Of a stretch of DNA of 64,000 bases, positions 11,293 to 24,704 are shown in pieces. The DNA is from Setoptus koraiensis (Eukaryota; Animalia; Arthropoda). A program made the position numbers and the translations under genes. Position 1 is the stretch's first letter. Every line of letters begins with the position of its first letter. Below the pieces are notes generated by a model that worked only from the letters and a program-made list of their open reading frames with translations, had not been told where the DNA came from and made no database searches. The DNA lies in assembly GCA_048013815.1 (NCBI GenBank), contig CM106586.1:5642001-5706000 (forward strand), read 5' to 3'.

Positions 11293-14235
11293 ATGTTGTC
11301 CGAAACGTCAACCAGTCGACTAGTCAATATATTTTTAATACTGGGCCCAGTGCCGCACGAGGACAAGGTGAAGGTGATCAAAAAATATATCAACACTGAT
11401 GAAATTATCGACGAGACACTCATGTCTCTATTATGTCTGCCTAGCATAGATTGGCAAGACACACCATTAGAGCCAAAATTTCATACGTTCCTAGTGACGC
11501 GCGAGGACGGTCAGCGTTTGTACGGATCGGGCCTAACTGTTTACGATCAGCCAAATCATATTATCAACAATAATGCTAGTAATAGTAATAATCAAAATGG
11601 AAATAGAAAAAAATTTGCTACATATTGTTATTGTATCATCACAAATACACCTTTTATCAACGCCACAAGGGCTCTATTAAATATTATCTGGGAAAAAAAG
11701 TGTGACGATAACCTAGTGAGATGCGTAATGCATATTAGATTACCACCAAGGAGAAGATGCTTGAGACTAGTCTTGCCACCCAAGGCCCCTTCAACAACTA
11801 ACAATCAACTAACCACAACATCAACAAATCAAATAAATCAACAACAAACCGGTCAACAATTTAGTAGCAACAAAAACAAACTATCTACTTTAAGATCAAA
11901 GTTTCATCATGATGATATCTACTTATATAGAGGCCTCACAGATCTGCCCCTTTTCGACTATCCACTTAGAGAGGTATTTAAATTTTTGAATATCGACGAT
12001 TTTCTAGTGGCATTCGCCTGTGTATTGATGGAACAAAGAACTCTAATCATTAGTCGAGACAATTATCGTTTGATGATGGTAGGCGAATCACTAACTAACT
12101 TGTTATTACCCCTTAGATGGTGTCACGTTTATGTTCCTATTTTACCACCAATTTACGGTGCCAACTACTTAGATGCCCCAACGCCATATATTATGGGAAT
12201 CAATACCAATCTAACAAAACTTCCTACTCATCTCAATTATGTACAATGTATAATCTATTGCGATGAAAGTTTAGTTGTATGCAATGCCGACTCGCTCGTA
12301 CTCCCACCATTCTTCGATGAATTGAAAGAAGAGTTATTGAATGTCTTTAAAAAGTATGATAATTCTATAGAAAACCCAAAGCTGCCGGTAGTCAATGCAA
12401 GCCGTCGTCACTCTTCATCATCCGTAATTAACGGTGACATTAATGTTAACGGAATTGCGACAGCCCCAGAACTAAAATCATTTACATATTTGGACGACCT
12501 AAAATTCAATCAAACTGTACGTGTAGTATTTATGAAGACAATCAGAAGAAACATTTTGACTAATTATGAAAGATTTATTGTAGACGCTTCAGACAGTCAA
12601 GTAGATATACGAAGATTTGATGTTGTATCTTACCTTTGTGATCAGCCAGAGTTCATGCGTTCCTTTTTGAGCACCTTTCTCGAAACCCAGATGTTTGTCT
12701 CCTTCATTGATGAGAGCGCCAAGAGAATACAACAATACAAATACTCAAGTCAATCTTCTTTGCGTATCTATGACATAGACCCGGAGGATTTCTCACTACA
12801 ATTTAACGACCAACAGTTAAATCAGGCTTTTGGTAGTGCGGTTCGCGTCCATCTCATGGACCTTAAGGATGATGAAGAACACAACCTAGAAGTTAAAATG
12901 ATGCCAGCCTCGCCAATGAAAATGCGTCGAAGAAATCCAGCCATCCACGCATCTCTTGGTAATCATAAGTCTCTTGATATTAATATAGCTGTCAGCATGC
13001 CAAATCATTTGATTCCAAGCCCTCCAGTATCCATGTCGCCGACATCAGCTATGATTAGGCAGACGCAGCAATTAACGCCGACGTCGCAAAGTCAAGCAAA
13101 TCAGCAAGTGAAACTAGTCGAGCTTCTATTAAAAGAGGTGAAAAACAAGACAAAAAGGATTATCATCGAAAAAATGGGCCTTGATGATGACGGTTTTGAT
13201 AATCCCGCAACAAACAAGTCCAATCTTGCGTGTCGTGATCTAAAAGGAGAGAATGCTTTGATAGGATCTTTGTGTGATTTGATTGAGAGGATATGGTCGC
13301 ATGGTGCATTTGGGGAATTGTTGGATGACTCCAGGTGCTCTCTGTGGACGCATCTTATAGCTTATGCCCGACTTAAATATCTTGACACAAAACCAGCGTA
13401 CGATTTTACTGATGGCAGCAATTTAGATATATTATCAACTACAAATTCCGATATGAGTGAATTGGACTCTTTGGTTCGAAATTCTTTCTTGAATGGTATT
13501 GAAACTTTCAAGAGCCGCACTGTTGAAACCTTGAAGCCTCTTCCGAATATACTCTTATATGACCTTAGGACGATACAATCACTTGGCGACGTGAAGACTG
13601 AGGTTGGCAAAGGTCGTGCTTTCATAAGGCTTGCATTGGAAAGGAAGTTACTGAGCAAACATTTGAAGACTTTGCTTTCGGACCAAACATTACTGAGCTC
13701 ATTATATAAAAGATATTCTTTCTTGAGATGCGAAGAAGAAAGAGAACAGTTCCTGACGCATTTGCTTACTCTGAACGCAGTGGATTTGCCCTGTTTCTCA
13801 AACACTTTCACCACCAGTACACTTCAATATACTCTTTATGTATTTGGATCATCTACAAATTTTAGTGCTTGGTTTAGATGCGTCGGAACCGCGTCCACTT
13901 CAATAGAGATAGCAATAAACTCACAAAGCGTCTGTGTGTTCCGGAATCAGAATTTCGGTGATCTTAAATCATTAACTATAGGTGTTAACAGCAGCAAAGT
14001 TTATATTGACTTCTGTTGTTTGAGGAACGATGCAACTGGTCACTTATACAAATTCATGTGCAATAAGTGGATAGGTAAAAATATTGTTCCCTCGACAACC
14101 CAACTAACATTTTCTGCCGAAAAAACAACACTACAATCAGTCAATGAGGCCATTGTCAAATTGCAGCGATCTCGATCAGCATCTACAGGGAAAAGCTGGC
14201 TACGATACCCAGCTAAATTGTTTGTTCAAAAGTGA
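11293..14235 (+). CDS. DENND5: DENN domain-containing protein 5 (Rab6IP1-like): uDENN-cDENN-dDENN-RUN-PLAT, intronless, 980 aa
   Basis: FHTFLVTREDGQRLYG, LPLFDYPLREVF, LLLPLRWCHVYVPILP...LDAPTPYIMG, FLETQMFVSFID, ENALIGSLCDLIERIWSHG, VKTEVGKGRAFIRLALERKLLS, RYSFLRCEEEREQFLTHLLTLNAVD. Confidence 0.95.
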   Translation: MLSETSTSRLVNIFLILGPVPHEDKVKVIKKYINTDEIIDETLMSLLCLPSIDWQDTPLEPKFHTFLVTREDGQRLYGSGLTVYDQPNHIINNNASNSNNQNGNRKKFATYCYCIITNTPFINATRALLNIIWEKKCDDNLVRCVMHIRLPPRRRCLRLVLPPKAPSTTNNQLTTTSTNQINQQQTGQQFSSNKNKLSTLRSKFHHDDIYLYRGLTDLPLFDYPLREVFKFLNIDDFLVAFACVLMEQRTLIISRDNYRLMMVGESLTNLLLPLRWCHVYVPILPPIYGANYLDAPTPYIMGINTNLTKLPTHLNYVQCIIYCDESLVVCNADSLVLPPFFDELKEELLNVFKKYDNSIENPKLPVVNASRRHSSSSVINGDINVNGIATAPELKSFTYLDDLKFNQTVRVVFMKTIRRNILTNYERFIVDASDSQVDIRRFDVVSYLCDQPEFMRSFLSTFLETQMFVSFIDESAKRIQQYKYSSQSSLRIYDIDPEDFSLQFNDQQLNQAFGSAVRVHLMDLKDDEEHNLEVKMMPASPMKMRRRNPAIHASLGNHKSLDINIAVSMPNHLIPSPPVSMSPTSAMIRQTQQLTPTSQSQANQQVKLVELLLKEVKNKTKRIIIEKMGLDDDGFDNPATNKSNLACRDLKGENALIGSLCDLIERIWSHGAFGELLDDSRCSLWTHLIAYARLKYLDTKPAYDFTDGSNLDILSTTNSDMSELDSLVRNSFLNGIETFKSRTVETLKPLPNILLYDLRTIQSLGDVKTEVGKGRAFIRLALERKLLSKHLKTLLSDQTLLSSLYKRYSFLRCEEEREQFLTHLLTLNAVDLPCFSNTFTTSTLQYTLYVFGSSTNFSAWFRCVGTASTSIEIAINSQSVCVFRNQNFGDLKSLTIGVNSSKVYIDFCCLRNDATGHLYKFMCNKWIGKNIVPSTTQLTFSAEKTTLQSVNEAIVKLQRSRSASTGKSWLRYPAKLFVQK

Positions 14236-14834
14236 TATCACATTGTCTCCCATATTAGTGAAGAATATTAAACATTCGATTTAATCTTGATAAGATGTCT
14301 TCATAGAAATAATTTTTTTCTCTGAAACTTCTTTATGTTGTCGTTGATTTGTTTCAGCCATGGACTTCGATTTATATATGTATTTGTATGTATTTTTTTG
14401 TGTACGTACATATATATATAAATATACGTTTATAAGTATAGATACATATATATATGAATATATATGTATGGATAAATGTAGACGTATATAGATATATGTA
14501 TATAAGAACAAATATTCTATAAATTCAGGATTCAATATTTTAATATCTTACATATGTAGATCTTGAATGGCGTCTGGCTTGTTAAATTTAGTCAACTTCA
14601 GTGAATTAGCGAGAGAGAGAGAATTTAACAAAAGAAATCTTGTTTATCATTTTGACACTGTATGCGCATCTTTATATTGTGTTCGTATGAATGAAGTCTA
14701 AATTCTCTGCTGAATTGTTGTTGCTTTTGTTTTGAAGTAATTGGCATAGATCCTGATAAGATTTCTTAAATGATTGTTCAAATAGTCTATGTATATATAG
14801 TTATAGCTGCCTGTTGTTTGCTATATCTCTTTCT

Positions 14835-15731
14835 TTAATAATAATATTTGCGAGGTGAGAATGATCTAGATCTAGACATTCTCCTCCGATCATAGCTTGC
14901 CTGTGGTAATGCAGAAGGGTGCGGTGGATATCTGCTTCTCGAAGATTGATTGTGCACATAACTATTTCGATGATTATAGGTAGTGTAATTATTACTGCGA
15001 CTATTGTTAAAAGTGTTTCTACCATGTGATTTACCCATATAAATACCTGGTGTCGGAGTATGAGCACGTTGAGTTAATGAAAAATCAACACGTATCTTTC
15101 TACCGTCTATTTCAATACCGTTGCATCTTTCTTTAGCTAAAGCAGCGTCAGAAACATTCTGAAAATAAACGAATGCAAAGCCTCTAGAGCGGCCAGATTG
15201 TGCATCATACACAATTTGAACATCATCTATGGGACCATAACGAATAAACACATCATGTAAATCAGGCTCTTTAGTGTAAATAGATAAACCAAATATGCCA
15301 ACGCATCGGCCAGCTGGTGGATTTTCTCTATCACCATCTAATGGTCGTCTTCGTGAAGACATGGGAGATCTAGATCGACTACGACGACTGCCAGCGGTGT
15401 CTGGTCCAGCACCTAAGTGAGCCCCATGAGCACCAGCTCCTGGCCTACCATAAGCATCAACAGCGCGATAATCTGTGTAGCGTCCATCCCTGTCTCTATA
15501 GCCACTGGCGCTTCTATAGGAATCATAGTCTTCGTATCTCCTACCTCCTGGTCCGGCGCTACCTCCGCCTAATCTGGAACCTCTTGTGGAGTCTCCTCCT
15601 GGGCCCACTCCTGGGCCTAATGGTGAACGAGGAGATCTATGGTGGCGCAAATCTGACCTTCTAGAGCGGCTACCTGAGCGCGACCTGGACCTCGATCGCG
15701 ACAACAATTGTTGAGGTGATTCAGGATCCAT
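14835..15731 (-). CDS. tra2: Transformer-2 SR-like splicing factor (RS1-RRM-RS2), intronless ORF
   Basis: [11 protein letters not shown]...[10 protein letters not shown]...[26 protein letters not shown] (Tra2 linker signature), flanked by RS regions; ends [11 protein letters not shown]. Confidence 0.95.
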   Translation of the reverse strand: MDPESPQQLLSRSRSRSRSGSRSRRSDLRHHRSPRSPLGPGVGPGGDSTRGSRLGGGSAGPGGRRYEDYDSYRSASGYRDRDGRYTDYRAVDAYGRPGAGAHGAHLGAGPDTAGSRRSRSRSPMSSRRRPLDGDRENPPAGRCVGIFGLSIYTKEPDLHDVFIRYGPIDDVQIVYDAQSGRSRGFAFVYFQNVSDAALAKERCNGIEIDGRKIRVDFSLTQRAHTPTPGIYMGKSHGRNTFNNSRSNNYTTYNHRNSYVHNQSSRSRYPPHPSALPQASYDRRRMSRSRSFSPRKYYY

Positions 15732-18700
15732 TGTGTATAGGTGTGTACGTGTATGTGTGTTGGTGTGTGTGTATGTGTGTGTGTGTGTGTGTTATCTCTC
15801 TCGCTATGATTTTATATCAATATTGATAAATCTCTTGAATGTTTGTGCAATTCTTCCCAATGTATCTAAGTATGTAATGTAGTAATAATAAAATTATAGA
15901 GGTATATATATGCTTGTAGGTGTGTATGAGAATAAATATATATTAATATAGATATATCTAATTAGCTAGATATATATAAATATATATACGTATATAAAGA
16001 AAGGTATGTATGTGTAATATAGTAGTGGTATTAATAATTTAACAGAATAATAATAAGTCTTGTGGATATATATTGATGATAATAATATAATGTTTATACA
16101 ACTGTATATCAATATGTATATTTGTGAGCATCATTTTGAATAAAACTTTGCGGGATAACTACACTATTACAAACGGTGCTTGGTAAACGGCACAAATAGG
16201 CACACAGACGCACGCACGACTGCCCGCACGCACAAACACACACACTGACATGTACGGAGTGGGGGCACAGAGTGGTCATTTCGTGCACAGTTTTCACAGA
16301 TCAACCATGAGATAAGGCTTATAAAACCACCATTTGCTGTTCTGTGCACATGCTGTTGAACGCGAGCCGGAAACGAGAAAGGGCGTGTCTATGAGCAAAA
16401 GTGAATTAGGCGCCATGTTCAAAAAAAAATAACCGCGCCTAAACCTTGCACGCGCGTCTTGACAATTGTTACGTGGCATACACATTACATTTACATTATT
16501 ACGCAATTAACGAAACGCAAACGAAAAACCATCATGTGTCACAGGGAAAAACTGTCCAATTGTTAGATGAGTTGAGTCAACAATGCATGCATGCAAATGC
16601 GATAGGTCAATACACGAGCAACTCACAAACGTAAGCTCAACGACAATCAATGTAAACAGGTCATGCGTTTGCTTGTCGTCGCCGATCGAGTTGAATCAAA
16701 TTATTATGTATTGCATATTTAACTACGAGATACAAGCAAACAAACAGGACGGCAAATGCTAACGCAGAAGAATGTTCGGCATCGACTAGACGAGCCGACT
16801 AGGCAGCGAAAGTAAACTAGTTGCTCCGGTGCCACGGACTTGTGTCACAGGGAAATAAATCGCCAATTTTTTTTTTGAATTTGTTTTTACGATTGTATGC
16901 TAAAACAAAACTATGGCACGATATCGCGGCGAGCTTAACGCAAACAATTTGGCATGTGCATGTTATGTCACACAAAAGGAGAGTCTCGATTGTCTAGCGA
17001 TGTTTGGCATAGCAACAGCAAACAGTTGCATGTCGTGAGAAAATTATACCCTTGCACGCAACGGGAGATAACACAAAAGTGTCAAAAGTTCAACTCAACA
17101 CTCGACTGGCAACAATATTGTTGTGAAGTTTGAATTTAAGTTTGAATCAACTCGAAAACTTGATAACTGCTCACAGGAAACGGAGCGACTGCTCGAGTTG
17201 TGAGTAGCATGAAAGTCGCATGAGGCCAGCCCCGGTATGGCGCTGGCTGGATGGGGTCCCCGGCTGGCATGGCAGATGTTGTGCATAATTGTCTCTGGCA
17301 ATGTCAGTGCACTATATCTCTTCAATATGCCAGCCATGCTGTTGTGAGATATTGTCGAAGCGACACTGCGCCACATTAAACAAATAAATGTAGATTGTGT
17401 GTCGTCACTGACAATGAATGGGCCTCTGAACTTGCTCATCATAACGGTTCACATGGCGCAATGCGCCAATGTCAATATGGCTGTCGTGTCCATACTACTT
17501 ACGTAAACCTGTGTGACCAATGTAATCAGCTTAATCACACTTGTAACACCCGATAGGCATGATACATTACTGGGATACATTACGAGCAACTTGGGCTCGT
17601 ATTGTGCCCCGAAAGCTTTTAAGACGCTTTAGTCGGCGTGTCGATCATCTATTATTTGTGGCTTGTTGCAGATGTCATAAGATATGTGCTCTCATTGTCA
17701 GTCAGGCGAGTTGTGTCGTGCCAGCAAGACAATTAAATTGTGTACCCACAATGTGACTCAAACTACGTACCGTATTGCGAGTTGCGTTGCATTGGTGGCT
17801 ATATTGATTGCGTAATACAAACAATTGCGCCAACAACCTGTCTGGCCATTGTAAGCCAACTGGCGAGCTGGCTAGACAGGTTGCTGGTTAGATTTGGATT
17901 GGTGCAACAACAATGGTTGTAGTCGATGGTTGCCGTCGATGGCTGCGGTTGTGCCACGTGTAGTTGTGTTATATGTTATTATTGTTTTTGATACAATAAC
18001 TTATTCCCATTCCCATTCTCGGTCTCAGTCTCATTTTCAATTGAGAGCGCGACAATTGTATTAAATTACTGGCTGGCTCTCGTACGCGCGCCAATTGATC
18101 GCAGCAGCTCATCAAATTAACAATAGCCAGATCTAACATTATTGCTGAGCCTGCATTATGTATAATATTTATGGTCGTCATACCTATTGCATGACGATTG
18201 CATAGGTATGACGACCACATTGGTCCGACATTGGCGAGCGACAGCAATAACGACGACAATCTACTTAGTGCTCAACGGGTCATGGGGTCTTGGCTGAGCG
18301 GCCCCGTCAGCGCGGCCCACGCAGCATCATAATGGATCTATCTCCTCTATCTATGTAGAGAAGATAGATAGAGGAAATGGTTCAATAGGTTGAGACAGGA
18401 GATTATGCCATTATTGGCATGGTCATCATTATCAGCATTGACGTAATGCGATCAGCGGGCCACACGAATTCGTCTGGGATTTGGGGCGAGGGGAAGCACG
18501 AGGTCGCACTACCAGAGCACTAAAGCAGCACAACACTAACCAGTCAGTTGGCTTACTTACTTGTAAAATAGGATGGGATATCGCTTGACGCACTCACAAT
18601 CGCACAATCGACATACTCACAGCGCGAGGTCAGTCTGGCGGCCGCAGTCGGGTATTTGTGGCATATGGCAACCACATAAACAAATTATCAATTGACGGCA

Positions 18701-19680
18701 CGGCCAACAACAGCGCCTAATACGACAACAGCGACCACTGTACACGGCACAACTAGATAGGAAGACAATTATGTAATAATGTGATAATAATCTAAATCCA
18801 TTTGACCACTGTTAACGGGGCGCACGTGTTACGCACGTCACACTCTGCTTGTCAGCTATACGTGGCTTCGGATGGCCATAGATAGATAAATAGATAGTGT
18901 GTTGCATTATGATGCGTTGCGACGATTAAATCCAATTGACCCGTTCGCCCATATAGGCCCGTTGGCTCATTGGTCACTAACAATTGTCAAGTTACATACA
19001 GTGTCTAACGTAAAATTTGTCTTGTTATTCATTGTCGTGCGGCCAGGCCGACCGACAGAGGGCGCCTGCAGGATACTTGAATTGCATTTGAATTTGTATG
19101 CGAGCCGCTCGCATGCAAACACTTTGTTTGAAATACAAGTGTGTGGGCGGCGTCAAATCTCCGGGCAGCGATATTCAGTTAGCCGGTGCACACTTGAGAC
19201 TGGACAGTTCATCGCTCACCTGAGAGTGACGCAACTCTCACAAGTCTCTTGTCAGGTGAGTTCGGTTGTTGTTTTGTTGGCGCGTTGTGCTTGTTGTTGC
19301 GGACTAATCGGCTGATCATTGGAAGATCGCCGGATGGTCGCCGGATGGTGGTTGTGTCATGTGGAAATTGTATCAAGATCAGAGCGTGTGTTGGTGGCTT
19401 GATTTTGCGCACTGAGCTCTGTTTAAATTGTTGTTGTTGCCCCTCGCAACAACGCCGCTGGAAGGGGTAACAGCAACAATGAGCAGTTGTTGCTGTCGTC
19501 GCTGTTGTTGCTGCTGCTGGCAAGATTTGGCCGGCGTTGCCCGGCAGCGACCGGACTGCACTGCGATGGTATTATTAATAGCACGGTATTATGATCGTGT
19601 ATAGGGCATAGCGGCTGGCTGGCAAGCTATGAGTGGAGGAGGAGAAACGGGGAGAGGTGGCGAGACGGGCAGAGGGGAGA

Positions 19681-19745
19681 TGGGGAGACGCGGAGACGCG
19701 GAGACGCGAAGATGAGGAGACGCGGAGATGAGGAGACGGAGACTT
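19681..19745. repeat. 9-bp degenerate tandem repeat (ggagacgcg/ggagatga)
   Basis: Direct observation. Confidence 0.75.
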
Positions 19746-20774
19746 GCATAGAGCTGGCCAGACAGCGAGCTAGACAGCGAGTCGGACTGAGAGTCAGACC
19801 GAGACCGAGGGATAGACGCAAGATGTAGGCAGAGAAAACTTTACGCACGCTCATTAGTTGCGTATGATACAAACAACAATAGCATCATAGCACAAAATAA
19901 CTCGATTATGACCACTCCACACCACAACAACAGTTGACCAGTGAAGCGAACTGACGAGGGACAAACAAACAAATAGCAAGCGAGCAAGCAAACAAGTGTG
20001 TGAGTGAGCGGCCAGTATATTTATTGGGCGATTGGTGCACCTATTGGCTCATTTCGTTATATCAGTCGGCCAAGCAACTAAGGCTCGTATTGGCAACTCA
20101 AATTTCAACTGAACACAAACAAATTCAAACTTACCTAAACTCATACCTAAAAAGTAGCAAACAATAAATCAAAAATCATCAATTACAGTCAGTAATCAGT
20201 AGTCGGCCAGCGATCACAATCATCTATCGTACCCACAACACTATACATAACCAGTGACATAATCGCATCACAGGTGAGTACCCGCTTCGTTTCACTTCCG
20301 GATGCTGGCCGCTAGCCACAAGTTTAAGTTGCATCAGTGCCATTTCTAAGCCTGTTATAGATAACAGATTAATGTGCAATCTATCGTAGATCGGTGAGTG
20401 CGCCATCTATAAGGGCTCATCAAATACGCATTGTTTGTCTACTTAATATAATATATCCGATCCGTGATATCGCCAGTAAATAGGATATATATAGACAAGA
20501 GAGGCATTTCTGGCCAGATCAAATATAGCTGGGGCCCACACTGGCGCAGCGTCATGCTTGAGTTGAGCATGACGCTCCGATCACATCGAGTGTGCGGGAC
20601 CCCTTGCCGCGTGCCAGTAGTGTCACACTAGTTTCAACACCAATCAACATGTTGGCTATACGTGCTAATACGGCCCACTCCACACAACCACTGCCAACGT
20701 TACCACTGATAAAAACTAGAAACGCACTCAGTTTTTTCCAATTTTCAATCATATTTCGATCAGAAAACAGTGTG

Positions 20775-22348
20775 AAACAACAGTGCACAATCACTAGTAA
20801 TTGTCCACCTGACAGCCCAAAGTTTTTCGCGTTATATAACGGTAAACGGTTATGGCCGATATACTTATCAAACTGGATATTATGCCGCCCAAATGACTCA
20901 CTGACGTACATAATGGTTGCGTTAGCATTGATCAGTATGGAAATTAGCCATTGGCGCAAAGATACCAGTGGCTTACCTGTTCGGCTTGGGTGACCCATAG
21001 TGTTTTCACCTTGATGTTGTATTTGTAAGATCTTGTTTGTGTTGCCATCGTTTTTCGGAATCGTATTTCATATATAAGAGTGCAAATTTTGGCTAGATTT
21101 GGCCGATTTTGGTTTGTGGCATTTGTTTGTTGTTGCAAAAAGAAATTCATCACTTGATGATACTTACACGCAAGAGAACGGACACTTATCCCTGCACATA
21201 TCGCTGAAAATTGCCCCTGTTTGGCTTTATTCAGCCTGAAATCATAAAATTTGATTGGCGCATATCGATAATTGATTATTTTTCGGAAATAAATAACAAT
21301 AAACAAACTTGTTAGCAACTTGCTATTTGTCGCATTTTGTTGCATTTGGCACCGCTGTTGATACCCACTCGAACTGGTCTTGACGGCCTCCGCCGTGGCT
21401 CCACTGTGGAACAAAGTGAAACAGGTTGTTGATTGATATGTCCGATAAATTGGAATGGCGGCACAATTGAAATCCCGTCCAAGAACAAAATAACAGGCAA
21501 TACTGGTGATGAAATTGGAGTGATTAGACATCTTCATGACTGATGGATAAAAGAGTTGAAATTGTCGTTGTTAGATCCTGTTGATGCTGTGATGGAGGCT
21601 ATTTCGTGGGTGCATTCGTAATGAGAAATTGTGATTTGTGAAGAAGAATGTAATGGATACGAATGAACTTACTGTTATTTATCGGAGATTTATACAATAG
21701 TGTGTTCATATCGAGCGTACTATTGAGAATGTGTTTGATCTCCTGGCGATTAAAAGTATCGAAGGTTACTAATCAGTGGATTATGATTGGTGTTTCAGAT
21801 TTCAAATACACGAGCAATGGCGTAAGCGTTGGTGCCTCATAGTACATGTGACTGGGGCCATCTCCAATTACTAATTCGTGGCAGATGTCAGAGAATAGAC
21901 GACATAATTCTCTGGGGATTAGATTGATCAAGGATTAATTTGCATGCTTTTGCTGTCTGGTGCGTCATTGTGGCACTGAGATTCAGATATTTGTTAGCGT
22001 CAGTTCAGCTGAAATGGACCCACAACAAACTGCGACTTTGCGACCAACGAACCCATCAACCGAAATGCCTCGAACATCGATGATTACAGTGGCCGCAAAC
22101 AATGGAATGAAATCTTTTGGGCGAGGCGCCATTAGATTCTAATGATTAGAAGCAACAGTACAGATAATGCCATTATCATAATGGTCTGCTTTTCAGCAAT
22201 AGCCTGATGTGATGATACAGCGATCATGGCAAAAGTGTTGCCAGTGTCGCAAGCTGATCGTTGTGCGGTGCGAGATTTCGCCAATTCATTTCAAGCAGCG
22301 AGGAATTTGTACAAAAAATGCATTTTTGAGTTGCGCCAATCGCGAGAC
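20775..22348 (-). pseudogene. Rearranged pickpocket/DEG-ENaC pseudogene copy of 29495-32250
   Basis: Collinear similarity with deletions; block 21306-21923 nearly identical to 30881-31490; segment 21999-22348 is an inverted copy of 31934-32247. Confidence 0.88.
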
Positions 22349-22880
22349 CGGGCCCCGAGTCTCAATGTCGCAGGGCCTGAGTCTCGTGGTCTCGTGGTGT
22401 GAGTGTCAGGGTCTCGGGGCCTGAGACTCTCAGGCTGAGAGGCTCTTCGAAGGCATTGGCAGAGAGATGGCAAAGTTGAGATTTGGAATTCTCTGTCGGT
22501 TGGTGCGGGCGCGCCAGTGGCGCTGATGCTGGTGACAATTGGGGCGACTGTGCGCCGCCTCCAGTCCAAACGGCAAACTAGACCAACAACTAGTTAGACT
22601 TGAGAGCGCCAATCAACATGTTGGTTATGAATGCTAATGGCCAGTGCACAATAGTTATAGGAGTAACGGTAATGGGCACACAAGACAAGAGAACACTAAT
22701 TAGGTAATACGTAACAAACGTAAAAAGTGTGTCTGTGTGTGTCGTGTGCGACACAAAGTTAAGTTTGTCGTCACATTTGCGCAACAACAACAACATATGC
22801 ACACACCGCGACAACAACAGCAATCAAACGTCACACGCCGGCGATTCATCTTGTGGCCCGTCATCTGCGAGCCCGCGAGT

Positions 22881-22960
22881 GACACTGTCAGACGCTGTCA
22901 GGCACTGTCAGACAATGTCAGACGCTGTTAGACGATGTTAGACGCTGTTAGGCACCGTTA
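22881..22960. repeat. 10-bp tandem repeat x8 (gacRctgtYa)
   Basis: gacactgtca gacgctgtca ggcactgtca gacaatgtca gacgctgtta gacgatgtta gacgctgtta ggcaccgtta. Confidence 0.9.
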
Positions 22961-24465
22961 GACAGACCTAATTTGGCGCTTTGTGTCGCTTTAATCATGG
23001 CCTAGCACGACGACCAAACGAGCGACACACAAACATTTGTTATGCGAATAGCCTCTGGCTTGCGCGCACTTGCACGGGCCCAATTTAATCAAGACGCTAA
23101 TTGAGTTTTGGCGGGCAACAATTGCGTCATCATGGGTGCTGCACACACAACAATGTGCGCATAATGTGCGCAGGTCGCTGTCACTGTCGCAACAGCCACA
23201 CGCCAGCCAGACCAAAAGACCAAGCGACCGAAACGCCAAGCGACCGAAAGATCAAGACACCGAAGGTAAGGGGAGACAGTGAGACAAAGGTAACCTGGCC
23301 ACAATCTAAAAAATGAATCGAAATGAAACAGAGAGCGTGTGGGGGCGTGCGCGTCTCGATACACCTGAGTTTGTGTGTTCTACATACAAGTTATATGTTT
23401 ATATATATATACCGTATATGTGTCGTGCACACTTGATGGGCTCGTTGCGTAACCGCGCCGAGTTTACATAACTATGCACGGTTGCACAAAAGATGTGCGT
23501 GTTGTGTCGTGCCACTGGGTGCCTCGCGCGAATCGCATCTCGCCAATGGCGTCTCGCGAATCGTATCATGCGAATCGTATGACAATGTTTGCGGGACAGC
23601 CGGCAACCGCACGACAACAATCGGACGACCGCAACCGGACGTCGGCAACCGCTCGACAGCGGACGGCCGAGCAACGATTAAAGCGACAAGCGAGCGTTGT
23701 AAGACGACGTTCGATTACAACGTCAGTTACAATCGGTTCGTGTGCTGTCGTCTGGCTGTCATGCGCCACCTTGCATGCCGGCCAGATTGGTTTGCTCGAG
23801 AGCGGCGACGGGCCCCACGGGCCAGTACGCGACACGCGTTGGCGAGCTCTGACGAGTGACCGGCAACTGCTGGCATTCTGCTGTTACATAATAAGCAACA
23901 GTGCTGTCGCTTAGTACGCAACAGAGCCGCTATTCATCACGTAACAGTGCGTGCGTGGATGCAAATTGCAAATTGTGGCTCAACAATTTGCAAAAGTTTG
24001 AAATGTCTGCCATTTAAAAGCGTCGTTTGTCGCTGTTGAGTGGGCAGTGTGCGTGTCGAACGTGTACATTGTGACACAATGATTGTGTGCAGTTGCATTT
24101 GGGCCCAGCGGTGGCCGCGTCGCCCCGTTGCAAACGCCAATTCCAACGAATATCGTGCGGCAACAATTATTAAGTATGAATGTCGCTGGTCAGTGACGGA
24201 TTAAGTATGAATGACAGCTCGCCAGCAGCACCGACTAACGGTGACCTATGAGTAGTGTTGCGTAACAACGTGTGCCTCGCCAACTCGCTTGTCAGTTCTG
24301 CTCTCTAACACAGACACGCCAGCGTTAAAAGTATTAACACGGGCAGCTAATGGATTGCAGTGAGTGCTTTGGGCCGACATCGATGGGCCAAAGGGCACAG
24401 AGGACTTTCCAGAATTCAAGGTTGCGGCGCGCAGTGCCAGTCGATCGTTGGCACTGCGACGGGTG

Positions 24466-24496
<31 letters not shown>

Positions 24497-24704
24497 TGAT
24501 GAGCACCAATCAAATAATAGCAGCAGGCGATTAAATTGAAATTTAATCGCTCGCCGCGTGTCCACACCAGAAGCCAGCACGAGCAGCCACTCACCTGAGC
24601 GAAATGAGCGCGTTCAGCGGCCGTGTTCAAATTACTGTGAAATCTGACCACTGTCAAAGTGTCTTTGTCAATGGCCAGCACGCGCACAGTTATGGCCACA
24701 GAGC

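Noticed and set aside
13362-13814. Antisense ORFs inside DENND5, DBR1 (34874-35410), MOSPD2 (54151-54675) and the chitin deacetylase
   Set aside because: Typical shadow ORFs opposite real coding sequence
18899-19315. 138-aa plus-strand ORF and nearby 17095-17442 ORF
   Set aside because: No recognisable motif and no phase-consistent exon chain could be built
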